From assembly GCA_017411745.1 (NCBI GenBank), contig JAFQPM010000016.1:19120-83119 (forward strand): a stretch of DNA of 64,000 nt. Reading direction: 5' to 3'. Origin of the DNA: Clostridia bacterium. Lineage in GTDB: Bacteria; Bacillota; Clostridia; Oscillospirales; CAG-272. Made by a program: the position numbers and the translations under genes. How positions within the stretch are numbered: position 1 is the first letter of the stretch; every line of letters starts with the position of its first letter. Positions 1 through 8,709 of this stretch are shown one piece after another. The notes beneath the pieces were generated by a model that was not told where the DNA came from, made no database searches, and saw only the letters and a program-made list of their open reading frames with translations.

Positions 1-1
1 T

Positions 2-904
2 ATTGCCGACGCTAAAGCTGTTTGTGATAAGATCGGCATAGAGCATACCGTTTACGATCTTGAAAATAAGTTCCACGATACAGTCGTAAAGGATTTTATC
101 GATACCTATGTGTCGGGCGGTACACCCAATCCTTGTATAGTTTGCAACAAGCTCCTCAAATTCGGTGCACTGCTCGATATGGAGATAGCACGCGGAGCAG
201 ATCTCGTAGCAACGGGACATTATGCTCAGATAGAAGAAAAAAACGGACGCTTTCTTTTAAAGAAAGCCGCCGATGAAAAAAAAGACCAAAGCTATATGCT
301 CTGGTCGCTTTCCCAACATCAGTTATCTCACACGCTTTTCCCTCTCGGCTCGCTTACCAAGCCCGAGATAAGAAGGATGGCAGAGGAACGTGGTTTTGTC
401 ATTGCACACAAAAGCGACAGTCAGGACATCTGCTTCGTGCCCGATGGAAATTACGCCGCGTTCATAGAAAATGAGCGCGGAGAAGGCTTTCCCGAGGGAG
501 ATTATATCGACGAAAACGGAAATATACTTGGCAGACACAAGGGCGTGATCCATTACACGATCGGTCAGCGCAAGGGACTTGGGATCTCAATGGGACGGCA
601 TATTTTCGTTGCGGCAAAGGATGCCGAGAAAAACACCGTCACGCTTGCCGATGAGGACAAGCTGTTTACGAATACCGTCGTAATAAGAGGCATAAATCTC
701 ATTCCCTTTGACAAAATTGAAGGAAAATTAAGAGTAAAAGCAAAGATCCGTTACCGTCATGCCGAAAGCGATGCTTATGCTGAGCAAACGGGACTCGACG
801 AGATAACCTTGACCTTCGATGAACCCCAAAGAGCTCCCGCAAAGGGACAATCGGCGGTAATGTACTACGGCGACTACGTTATCGGCGGCGGAATAATTCA
901 ATAA
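2..904 (+). CDS. mnmA: tRNA 2-thiouridine(34) synthase MnmA, C-terminal ~300 aa (5' end lies outside the window)
   Basis: The frame is open from nt 2 (IADAKAVCDKIGIEHTVYDL...) and continuous with the listed 110..904 ORF. Conserved MnmA blocks are present: GGTPNPCIVCN, KDQSYMLW, KSDSQDICF, HYTIGQRKGLG. Confidence 0.93.
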   Translation: MADAKAVCDKIGIEHTVYDLENKFHDTVVKDFIDTYVSGGTPNPCIVCNKLLKFGALLDMEIARGADLVATGHYAQIEEKNGRFLLKKAADEKKDQSYMLWSLSQHQLSHTLFPLGSLTKPEIRRMAEERGFVIAHKSDSQDICFVPDGNYAAFIENERGEGFPEGDYIDENGNILGRHKGVIHYTIGQRKGLGISMGRHIFVAAKDAEKNTVTLADEDKLFTNTVVIRGINLIPFDKIEGKLRVKAKIRYRHAESDAYAEQTGLDEITLTFDEPQRAPAKGQSAVMYYGDYVIGGGIIQ

Positions 905-953
905 AAATTTCGCGCTCGTGGTGGATGAAACCGTCACGGCGCGAAATTTTTTT
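905..953. terminator. Bidirectional intrinsic terminator between convergent mnmA and the DUF4037 gene
   Basis: Inverted repeat aaatttcgcgc (905-915) / gcgcgaaattt (939-949), flanked by an A-run on the left and a T-run on the right. Confidence 0.8.
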
Positions 954-1884
954 AGTTGTTATAAAAAACGTGCAGATTTCTGATCTCGGAGCTTGATATC
1001 TGATCATTGATAGAGTATGCGTGGGATTCCAGAAAGCCGCAGGTGGCTTCGGTAATTCCCTGCTTTTTGAATTTCTCAATGAAGATTGCGCTGATCTCCT
1101 CTATCAGAAGCTCGATCTTCAATGTCTCGTCAGCAGGCAGCGTTATCAAATTTTCAATCTTATTTGCAAGATATTCCAAAGCAGAAAGCTCTCGCATCGC
1201 CCTGAATATCCACTTGTAGTAAGGAGCGTGGCGACGCTCAAGTAAAAATGCCAATTCTGCCGCGTTTGAGGCAAACTCATTCAACGCAAATCTCGCCGCG
1301 CCAAGCTCTCCGTGAGCTATACAGCGCTTATAATTATATTGACCCGACTGTGCCATGTGTAACGCACACGATGCAATCTTTTTTAGTCTGACGTCCTCGG
1401 GCATACCGTTTTTTATGATCTCGCGTATCCTTGTAAATTCACCGAGAGGGTCGCAAAAGACCTCGCCGTTAGTTGCCTCGGCAAAATAGTGCGATGGCGT
1501 GTATAGCCAATCCTGCCAGCACTCAGGTGCACCTCGTCTGCCCGTATAAGCAGAATAAAACTCGGATATCGTACGTACTCCCTTTTCCTTCGAGCCCAGA
1601 GCACTCTTATCAAGGCATTTGACACCCATAAATTCTTTCGGGAGCTTTGAATAAGCCCGAAAAAGTCGAAACCCGAAGGTTTGCTCGTCTTCGTCTGTCA
1701 GCCATAAACAAAATCCGGGCTCAAAGTCGTGATCTGAAGAGATATCGTCGTCAAAGCCAAAGCACTCCGAGCCGTGACCGACGAGTCCTACCGCTATCCT
1801 GTCCAAATGCTCGGCAAAATCCTTTTCCAGCATAGGGTTGCCGTACTCCTCAAAATACGCTCTCGAAAGCTCAATTCCCTTCAT
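952..1884 (-). CDS. Nucleotidyltransferase-fold / DUF4037-like protein
   Basis: 310-aa ORF. The N-terminus GLVGHGSECFGFDDDISSDHDF resembles a pol-beta-type NTase G[SG]...DxD signature. The overall look matches the DUF4037 proteins common in Clostridia. The start overlaps the stop of the upstream TPR gene by 14 nt. Confidence 0.7.
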   Translation of the reverse strand: MKGIELSRAYFEEYGNPMLEKDFAEHLDRIAVGLVGHGSECFGFDDDISSDHDFEPGFCLWLTDEDEQTFGFRLFRAYSKLPKEFMGVKCLDKSALGSKEKGVRTISEFYSAYTGRRGAPECWQDWLYTPSHYFAEATNGEVFCDPLGEFTRIREIIKNGMPEDVRLKKIASCALHMAQSGQYNYKRCIAHGELGAARFALNEFASNAAELAFLLERRHAPYYKWIFRAMRELSALEYLANKIENLITLPADETLKIELLIEEISAIFIEKFKKQGITEATCGFLESHAYSINDQISSSEIRNLHVFYNN

Positions 1885-2659
1885 ATATCCTCTCGGTCAG
1901 AGCCTTAAGCTCTGCTCCCTTTTCAAAATATCCAAAAAATTCAAATGACGGATAGCATTTTGAGCACAGAAAAGCAAAATTACCGTCAAGGGTATTCTTT
2001 TCCGATTTCAGTAGATCCCATGCCTTATCCATGAGCTCGTATATTCTTTCGTCAAACGGGTCTTGATCATAATAAAGATGAGCAATATTTATCAGCGTTA
2101 CCGCGATCTCGCCGCGGCAATCCTCATTCTGCTTCAATATTTCGATGGCTTTGTAGCAGGCTTCCTCTGCTTGAATATAATCGCCGAGATCCTTATATGC
2201 CGATGACATATTGTTATACAGAGCAGCCATTTTGTAGTCGTTGGACTCAAGACGGCTCTCGTATATCTCCTTGGATTTTTCATAGTATGGCATTGCCTGT
2301 TCTGCCAGACCAAAGGCCTTCATAGTTGTAGCACAGTTGAGATAGACTGTTCCTACAGATATTGGATCGCCTATTCCCTTTTGCTCTATAAGCTCGAGTG
2401 CGGAGTTAACGGCTGATAAAGCCTTCTCCCTTTCGGCTGTTCTTCTGTAATATCCGATCTTTTCGTTGAGTATCTCTAAAAGTCCGCGCATATCTCCAAG
2501 CGCGATAGCCTCACCCTCCCAGTAATCGAGAAGTCGTCCAACGGCAGAAAGATCGTTTCTTGAGAAAAATTCATTCAGCTTATCAAATATACGCGTTAGG
2601 GGTAGCGTTTTGTAGTTTTCCTTGGAACAGCTTGAGCAGCTTATGTTTTCATTCATCAA
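1871..2659 (-). CDS. Tetratricopeptide-repeat protein
   Basis: 262-aa ORF with several 34-aa A/Y/L-patterned helical repeats (e.g. AALYNNMSSAYKDLGDYIQAEEACYKAIEI). It is translationally coupled to the downstream DUF4037 gene. Confidence 0.8.
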   Translation of the reverse strand: MMNENISCSSCSKENYKTLPLTRIFDKLNEFFSRNDLSAVGRLLDYWEGEAIALGDMRGLLEILNEKIGYYRRTAEREKALSAVNSALELIEQKGIGDPISVGTVYLNCATTMKAFGLAEQAMPYYEKSKEIYESRLESNDYKMAALYNNMSSAYKDLGDYIQAEEACYKAIEILKQNEDCRGEIAVTLINIAHLYYDQDPFDERIYELMDKAWDLLKSEKNTLDGNFAFLCSKCYPSFEFFGYFEKGAELKALTERIYEGN

Positions 2660-2756
2660 CTTTTCCTCCGTATAAGCTTTGATTTTAACCTCACGTCAAT
2701 TATAACACGAAAGCTACGTATTTGTCAATAAAAGGGCACAAAATTGGGAATATCAC

Positions 2757-2785
2757 TTGACAAAATTATAGTTATCTTATATAAT
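2757..2785 (+). promoter_or_regulatory. Consensus sigma-A promoter for the antiporter gene
   Basis: TTGACA (2757-2762), 17-nt spacer, TATAAT (2780-2785). Confidence 0.65.
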
Positions 2786-2816
2786 AATTGTATAACACAA
2801 GTTTACGGAGACGTAT

Positions 2817-2867
2817 CACAGCAAAAGGCGCTTTGGGGCTTTTGTTTTGGTGTGTCTTTTTGTTTTT
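2817..2867 (+). promoter_or_regulatory. Terminator-like hairpin plus U-tract inside the antiporter 5' leader (possible attenuator)
   Basis: cacagcaaaa (2817-2826) pairs with ttttggtgtg (2845-2854) with one mismatch, followed by tctttttgttttt. The element lies between the promoter and the RBS (aaaggagg, about 2873-2880). Confidence 0.35.
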
Positions 2868-2887
2868 CAGAGAAAGGAGGACGAATC

Positions 2888-4342
2888 TTGTTAAACGATT
2901 TTTATTTAACCATATCACCGTCAGCTGTCGTGATAATTGCAATATCAATAATGCTTTTTTCGGGATTTGCGTTGACGAGAATTACGAAGCTTCTTCGACT
3001 TCCAAACGTTACAGCATATATAATCGCGGGAATTCTGATAGGTCCGTTCTGCCTTGATCTGATTCCCGAGACGGTGATTCAGGGTACCGATTTTATATCC
3101 GATATCGCGCTTGCATTCATCGCGTTCAGCGTTGGAGAGTTTTTCAAGGTCTCCTCTCTGCGCAAAAACGGACTCAAAACGCTGGTCATAACCGCTTGCG
3201 AGGCGCTTATCGCCGCATTTTTGGTATTTATTCTAACTTTCTTTATCTTGCGGCTTGATACCGTTTTCTCGGTCGTCCTTTCTGCTTTGGCGGCGGCAAC
3301 CGCGCCGACGTCAACGGCAACGACTATCCGTCAGACCAAAGCAAGAGGCGAATTCGTCGATACGCTTCTTCAGGTCATAGCGCTCGACGACGTGCTCAGC
3401 CTTATCGCGTTCAGCATCGCATTGTCCGTTGCGGGTGCTCTTATGGGCGGCTCGGGTAGCTCCGTATCCCTCACAGATATCATTATGCCCGTTATTGTCA
3501 ATATCGGAGTAATGATCCTAGGTGCATTTTTCGGCTTCTTTTTGAAATGGCTTATGCCTGTAAAAAGATCTACGGACAACAGACTGATCATTTTGATCAG
3601 TATGCTCTTTTTATTCTGCGGAATCTGTACCCTTCTCGATATCTCGCCTCTGCTTGGCTGTATCGCGATGGGAATGGTATACATAAATATTACGGGGGAC
3701 GATAAGCTTTATAAGCAGCTCAACTATTTCAGCCCTCCCGTTATGCTTCTTTTCTTCGTTCGCTCGGGAGCTAATCTGCAAATCGAGTCCCTGTTTACCT
3801 CGTCGGGAAGCTCGTGCACGGTTCCGATAATTCTGATCTCTATCCTTTACTTTTTGGTCAGAATGGTCGGAAAATACGGCGGAGCGTTTCTCGGAGGATT
3901 TATTACAAAAAGCTCCAAGGGCATTCGAAATTACCTCGGACTTGCGCTTATTCCACAGGCTGGAGTTGCTATTGGTCTTGCGGCAATGGCGGCGCGAACG
4001 CTTGGTGGAGAGACGGGTGAAAGTCTGCAGACGATCATTCTCGCTTCGAGCATTCTGTACGAGCTTATAGGTCCTGCGTGTGCAAAGCTTTCGCTCTATC
4101 TTTCGGGATCGTTCTCAAATAAGATCGAGGATCTTGCCCCAGTAGAGCCGCTTGACGAAAACGGCAATCCGAAAAGTGAGGTCGAAATACTTATCGAACG
4201 AATAAATAAGATACGCCAAGAGCTTCCCGACCCCGAAAAGCGCGAGATATCCCCCGAGGAGCAAGCGTTTACAGAAGCGGCTGACGAACAGCTTGAAGCA
4301 TTATCTGAGCTGCAAAAAAGGCGATTCAGAAATCGCAGATAA
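2888..4342 (+). CDS. Cation:proton antiporter (CPA2/Kef-like Na+/H+ or K+/H+ exchanger family)
   Basis: Multi-TM protein with the typical N-terminus RLPNVTAYIIAGILIGP and 10 or more hydrophobic segments, plus a hydrophilic acidic C-tail. The start is moved to an in-frame TTG at 2888, 8 nt after aaaggagg, because the listed ATG at 2744 lies upstream of the promoter. Confidence 0.82.
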   Translation: MLNDFYLTISPSAVVIIAISIMLFSGFALTRITKLLRLPNVTAYIIAGILIGPFCLDLIPETVIQGTDFISDIALAFIAFSVGEFFKVSSLRKNGLKTLVITACEALIAAFLVFILTFFILRLDTVFSVVLSALAAATAPTSTATTIRQTKARGEFVDTLLQVIALDDVLSLIAFSIALSVAGALMGGSGSSVSLTDIIMPVIVNIGVMILGAFFGFFLKWLMPVKRSTDNRLIILISMLFLFCGICTLLDISPLLGCIAMGMVYINITGDDKLYKQLNYFSPPVMLLFFVRSGANLQIESLFTSSGSSCTVPIILISILYFLVRMVGKYGGAFLGGFITKSSKGIRNYLGLALIPQAGVAIGLAAMAARTLGGETGESLQTIILASSILYELIGPACAKLSLYLSGSFSNKIEDLAPVEPLDENGNPKSEVEILIERINKIRQELPDPEKREISPEEQAFTEAADEQLEALSELQKRRFRNRR

Positions 4343-4363
4343 AATATAGAAAGGTTATTAATT

Positions 4364-5104
4364 ATGAACGTAAACGATATACTCAACACAGTCGATCCCC
4401 TCAGCCGCCTATTCGGCGAATGGTCAAGCAGACTTGATCTATGGTCTATACTTTTAAGGACCGCTATGTCAATACTTTTCTCCGCTATCATCGGCTGGGA
4501 ACGCTCTACCAAGCGCCATGCTGCAGGCCTGCGTACGTTTATGCTGATATCCTTGGCATCTACAATGTCGATGCTGCTTGATATTTTCATTATGACGACC
4601 TTCAGCGTATCCTTCCCAATGATATCTGCCGCAGTGGTCGTCGGAATTGCGATAATCAGCTCGAATTCCATTCTTTTCAGCTCAAAAAATCAGATCAAGG
4701 GACTTACTACCGCGGCGGCACTTTGGGCGGTCGGGTTTATCGGTCTGTTGATCGGTGCGGGCTTCTACACGGTCTCGGTGATAGGCTTCGTTACTATGAT
4801 GCTCTGCCTTTCAACCTTCCCTCATCTTGAAAGACGCTTCAAGAACAAATCCAATCATTTCGAGGTGCATCTCGAGCTTAAAAACAAAGAAAATCTGCAA
4901 AGCTTCGTTGCAACGATACGCAAGCTAGGTATGAAAATAGACGATATCGAGGTCAACCCCGCTTACATAACCTCGGGCTTGAGCGTTTATACCGTAGCAC
5001 TTACTATCCAAAGCCAAGAACTTAAAAAATACAAAACTCACAGCGAGATAATCGAGGCTCTGCGCTCGATCGAATATATCTATCACATCGAGGAGATAAC
5101 CTGA
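4364..5104 (+). CDS. MgtC/SapB family membrane protein
   Basis: The ILFSAIIGWERSTKRHAAGLRTFMLISLAS block is typical of the MgtC family. There are four to five TM segments followed by a soluble ACT-like C-terminal domain. Confidence 0.85.
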   Translation: MNVNDILNTVDPLSRLFGEWSSRLDLWSILLRTAMSILFSAIIGWERSTKRHAAGLRTFMLISLASTMSMLLDIFIMTTFSVSFPMISAAVVVGIAIISSNSILFSSKNQIKGLTTAAALWAVGFIGLLIGAGFYTVSVIGFVTMMLCLSTFPHLERRFKNKSNHFEVHLELKNKENLQSFVATIRKLGMKIDDIEVNPAYITSGLSVYTVALTIQSQELKKYKTHSEIIEALRSIEYIYHIEEIT

Positions 5105-5141
5105 TCTCCAAATATATAAAAACTGAACGATTGGAGCTTTT

Positions 5142-6479
5142 ATGGATACACCTATACTGATAATTTGCATTTTTTCGCTCTGCATATCCGCCATCTGTCT
5201 TATCACGCTGATCGCTGTGTATGGAAAAATGAAAAAGCTTTCGGACGGCGGTAAGACCGAGCGACAGCTTGGCGAACTCAAGGAAAGCATATATAACGAA
5301 TTCTCGCGCAATCGTACCGAGCAAAATGCGGTCGCTCGTGCACAGCGTGACGAGGTCTCAAGGCAGATGTCGGATATTAATAAGCTGCTCAAGGAGCTGA
5401 CAGAAACGAACCGCGAGCAGCTTCTCCGTATATATCGCGAAATGGCGGCGGGAATAAACACTGTCCGTGAAAAGAACGCCGAGATGACCGAAAAGCAAAA
5501 TCAGCGCATTGAGGATTCCCTGACTAAGATCCGCGAGAGCAACGAAAAGAAGCTCGACGAAATGAGAGCAGTCGTTGACGAAAAGCTTACAAATACCCTC
5601 ACACAAAGGCTTGACAGCTCGTTTAAGACGGTTTCGAGCCAGCTTGAAAATCTTTACAAGGCTCTTGGCGAGATGAAGGAGATGTCGGGAGGAATCACCG
5701 AGCACGTCACCTCGCTCAATCGCGTATTGTCCAACGTCAAAGCCAGAGGAACTTGGGCAGAGGTCCAGCTCAAAAACATTCTCGATCAGACGATCCCAAA
5801 TATGTACGTTGAGAATTACGCTCCCACGGCAAGCTCAAAGGAAAGAGTAGAGTTTGCCATAAAGATTCCGTCCGGCGAGAATTATTCCGAGATAACATAT
5901 CTCCCTCTCGATTCCAAATTCCCGATGGAAGATTACGTACGTCTTTGCGAGGCGGCAGATCGCGCAGATCCCGAGGCGACGCGTGCGGCGAGAAAAGCAC
6001 TTGAGGAGAGAGTCATTCAGGAGGCGCGAGCTATCCGCAAATACATAAGCGTTCCTAAGACTACTCCGTTTGCTATAATGTATCTCGCAAGCGAAGGCTT
6101 GTATGCCGAGATAGCCTCCTCCCCGAACGCTATTCCCGAAAGACTGCAGACCGAGTTCAATATTATGATCGCGGGTCCTTCTACCATTACCGCACTGCTC
6201 AATTCGCTTGCTATGGGCTTTAGATTTGCCGCTATCAACGAAAAGGCAAACGAGGTAAGAAAGATACTCGCGGCGGTCAAATCGCAGTACGATAACTTCT
6301 CTACCGTGTTGGCAAAGGCAAAAAAGAAGATCGACGAGGCGGGCAAGACTCTCGACGACGCACAGCACCGAAATGATATCATTCAAAAGAAGCTCAAGGC
6401 TATCGAGGAGATCGATACGTCAGAGGGCGAGGAGATACTTGGTATTGAGCAGGCATCTGTGTCGGATCTTGATGAATAA
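5142..6479 (+). CDS. rmuC: DNA recombination protein RmuC
   Basis: N-terminal TM helix, a long coiled-coil, then the conserved RmuC nuclease-like core (ARGTWAEVQLKNILDQ, FAIKIPSG, YLPLDSKFPMEDY, AIMYLASEGLYAE). Confidence 0.9.
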   Translation: MDTPILIICIFSLCISAICLITLIAVYGKMKKLSDGGKTERQLGELKESIYNEFSRNRTEQNAVARAQRDEVSRQMSDINKLLKELTETNREQLLRIYREMAAGINTVREKNAEMTEKQNQRIEDSLTKIRESNEKKLDEMRAVVDEKLTNTLTQRLDSSFKTVSSQLENLYKALGEMKEMSGGITEHVTSLNRVLSNVKARGTWAEVQLKNILDQTIPNMYVENYAPTASSKERVEFAIKIPSGENYSEITYLPLDSKFPMEDYVRLCEAADRADPEATRAARKALEERVIQEARAIRKYISVPKTTPFAIMYLASEGLYAEIASSPNAIPERLQTEFNIMIAGPSTITALLNSLAMGFRFAAINEKANEVRKILAAVKSQYDNFSTVLAKAKKKIDEAGKTLDDAQHRNDIIQKKLKAIEEIDTSEGEEILGIEQASVSDLDE

Positions 6480-6486
6480 TAATTAC

Positions 6487-6517
6487 AAACGGGCTGAAAT
6501 TCAGCCCGTTTCTTATT
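6487..6517 (+). terminator. Intrinsic terminator after rmuC
   Basis: aaacgggctgaa (6487-6498) / ttcagcccgttt (6500-6511), followed by a T-rich tail. Confidence 0.85.
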
Positions 6518-6544
6518 GACAAATATGCCAAATTATATTATAAT
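6516..6544 (+). promoter_or_regulatory. Consensus sigma-A promoter for the THUMP-MTase/rsmA/GH25/lipoprotein operon
   Basis: TTGACA (6516-6521), 17-nt spacer, TATAAT (6539-6544). Confidence 0.65.
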
Positions 6545-6582
6545 ATTAAATGAATCATTATGTATTCTAGAAAGGTTGAATT

Positions 6583-7815
6583 ATGCTTCTTGCTGCTACC
6601 TGCCTTTTCGGTCTTGAGAGACAGTTGGGTGAAGAAATAGACGCGCTCGGACTAAAAAGAGTCGAGACTATCGACGGACGAGTGCTTTTTGAGGGCGAGG
6701 AAAAGGATATCCCTCGCGTAAATATTAATCTTCGATGTGCCGAGCGTGTATTCATCGTTCTCGGTCGCTTTCACGCCGAGAGCTTTACCGAGCTTTTCGA
6801 CGGCACGAACGCAATTCGTTGGGAGGATTGGATCGGCAGACTCGATCAGTTCCCCGTCTCGGGTCACTCGATAAAGAGCAAGCTGACCTCTATTCCCGAT
6901 TGTCAAAGCATAGTCAAGAAGGCTATCGTGGATAGGCTTTCAGGTGCTTACGGTATTGCTTGGTTTGATGAGACTGCGGTAAAATACAAGGTCGAATTTT
7001 TCATTCTTAAGGACGAGGCTATGCTTATGATAGATACCTCGGGTGTGGCACTTCACAAGCGCGGATACAGACCCGATGCAGGTATTGCTCCCTTGCGCGA
7101 GACCTTGGCGGCGGCCATCGCCCTGACCTCCCGTCCAAGCGAAGATATTCTATTTTGGGATCCCTTCTGCGGCTCGGGAACGATCGCGATAGAGGCGGCT
7201 ATGATCGCGCGCAAGATCGCCCCGGGACTCAAAAGAAGCTTCGCGTCCGAGGATTTTCCGCGTATCGATGCAGATATGTGGAGGACTGCCCGTGAGGAAG
7301 CGGCATCATTTGAAATTAAAGATTCCAAATTTGAGGCTTGGGCATCTGATATCGACGAGGACATCCTCGACGTAGCTTACGAGAACGCTCTGCGCGCGGG
7401 AGTCGAGGAAAATATCAACCTTTTCCATTGTGATGCTCGTAAAATAGAAAAGCCCGCCGACCGCAGAGGTACGATCGTCTGCAATCCCCCCTACGGAGAA
7501 CGAATGGGCGATATGAAGGAAATAGAATGGCTCTACAAGGACATAGGAAGACATTTCAAGACCTTTGAACCGTGGCACGTCTACGTTATCACGTCCTGCG
7601 ACTATTTTGAAAGGCTTTACGGCAGATCTGCCGACAAGACGAGAAAGCTTTATAACGGTATGCTTCCCTGCACGCTCTATCAATTCTTCAAGCCCGCAGA
7701 ATTCAGAAAAGACAAACCGCAGAACAGATCTTTTGATAAAAAGAACTTCGACAAGAAAAGCAGCTACGGTAAAAACGACAGATCATATAACGAAAATTAC
7801 AAAAAGAAAGGTTAA
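6583..7815 (+). CDS. THUMP-domain class I SAM-dependent RNA methyltransferase (RlmL/YpsC-like, COG0116 type)
   Basis: SAM motif I FWDPFCGSGTIAIEAA and motif IV NPPYGERMG are present. The N-terminal THUMP-like region starts LLAATCLFGLERQLGEEI. The C-tail is Lys-rich. Confidence 0.88.
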   Translation: MLLAATCLFGLERQLGEEIDALGLKRVETIDGRVLFEGEEKDIPRVNINLRCAERVFIVLGRFHAESFTELFDGTNAIRWEDWIGRLDQFPVSGHSIKSKLTSIPDCQSIVKKAIVDRLSGAYGIAWFDETAVKYKVEFFILKDEAMLMIDTSGVALHKRGYRPDAGIAPLRETLAAAIALTSRPSEDILFWDPFCGSGTIAIEAAMIARKIAPGLKRSFASEDFPRIDADMWRTAREEAASFEIKDSKFEAWASDIDEDILDVAYENALRAGVEENINLFHCDARKIEKPADRRGTIVCNPPYGERMGDMKEIEWLYKDIGRHFKTFEPWHVYVITSCDYFERLYGRSADKTRKLYNGMLPCTLYQFFKPAEFRKDKPQNRSFDKKNFDKKSSYGKNDRSYNENYKKKG

Positions 7816-7818
7816 ACA

Positions 7819-8688
7819 ATGCTAAATCTTTGTGATCCCAGAACTATAAAACAGGTCATGGATATGTTCGGTCTGAATTTCAAAAAGGAATTCGGTCAGA
7901 ACTTCCTTACCGATAATATGACCGTTGAGGATATAGCCGACGCGTGTAACGACGATAAGGATATCACCGTCGTTGAGATCGGCCCCGGTATCGGTTGTAT
8001 GACTCGCGAGCTTTGCGAAAGATATTCGAGAGTCGTAGCATACGAGATCGACTCGGGGCTTATTCCCGTCTTGAAATATACCCTTGATGGTTACAAGAAC
8101 GTCACGATTATCAATGAGGATATTATGAAGGCAGATCTTGCAAGTGCTCTCGCCCCTTATTTTGAGATGGGCAAGGTTGCTGTTTGTGCAAATCTTCCTT
8201 ATTACATAACCACCCCGATACTCATGAAGCTTATCGAAAGCAATCTCCCCTTCGACAGCATTACGGTAATGGTACAAACCGAGGTCGCCGAGAGGCTTGC
8301 GGCAGGCGCGGGCAAGAAGAACTGCGGCGCTATAACTGCGGCGATCGACTACTACGGAGACGCGAAAATGCTCTTTACCGTCAGCGCGGACAGATTCATG
8401 CCGCCCCCCAAGGTAACTTCAAGTGTTGTTCGCATAGATCTTTGGAAGGACAAGCCTATAAAGCCAATCGATGAGGCGCTTTTCTTTAGAACAATCAAAG
8501 CGGCGTTTGAGCAAAGACGAAAGACACTTCCAAACTCTCTTATGACGGGATTTCCCGAGATAAGCAAGGAAAGATTGACCGAAATGATCGTGGAGTGCGG
8601 TCATAAGTCCGACATCCGCGGCGAAAAGCTGACGGTTGCCGATTTCTGCGCTCTGTCCGATCTTATCCATAAGGAACTGAACAAGTAA
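7819..8688 (+). CDS. rsmA: 16S rRNA (adenine1518/1519-N6)-dimethyltransferase RsmA/KsgA
   Basis: FGQNFLTD, VVEIGPGIGCMTREL and ANLPYYITTPI motifs. The start is 3 nt after the upstream stop. Confidence 0.96.
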   Translation: MLNLCDPRTIKQVMDMFGLNFKKEFGQNFLTDNMTVEDIADACNDDKDITVVEIGPGIGCMTRELCERYSRVVAYEIDSGLIPVLKYTLDGYKNVTIINEDIMKADLASALAPYFEMGKVAVCANLPYYITTPILMKLIESNLPFDSITVMVQTEVAERLAAGAGKKNCGAITAAIDYYGDAKMLFTVSADRFMPPPKVTSSVVRIDLWKDKPIKPIDEALFFRTIKAAFEQRRKTLPNSLMTGFPEISKERLTEMIVECGHKSDIRGEKLTVADFCALSDLIHKELNK

Positions 8689-8709
8689 CCAACAATCTTT
8701 GATAATGAT

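Noticed and set aside
2744-2887. N-terminal 48-aa extension of the antiporter ORF from the listed ATG at 2744.
   Set aside because: The extension would begin upstream of a perfect TTGACA-17-TATAAT promoter (2757-2785) and run through it. It also contains the leader hairpin. A strong RBS (aaaggagg) precedes the in-frame TTG at 2888, where the hydrophobic transporter sequence begins.
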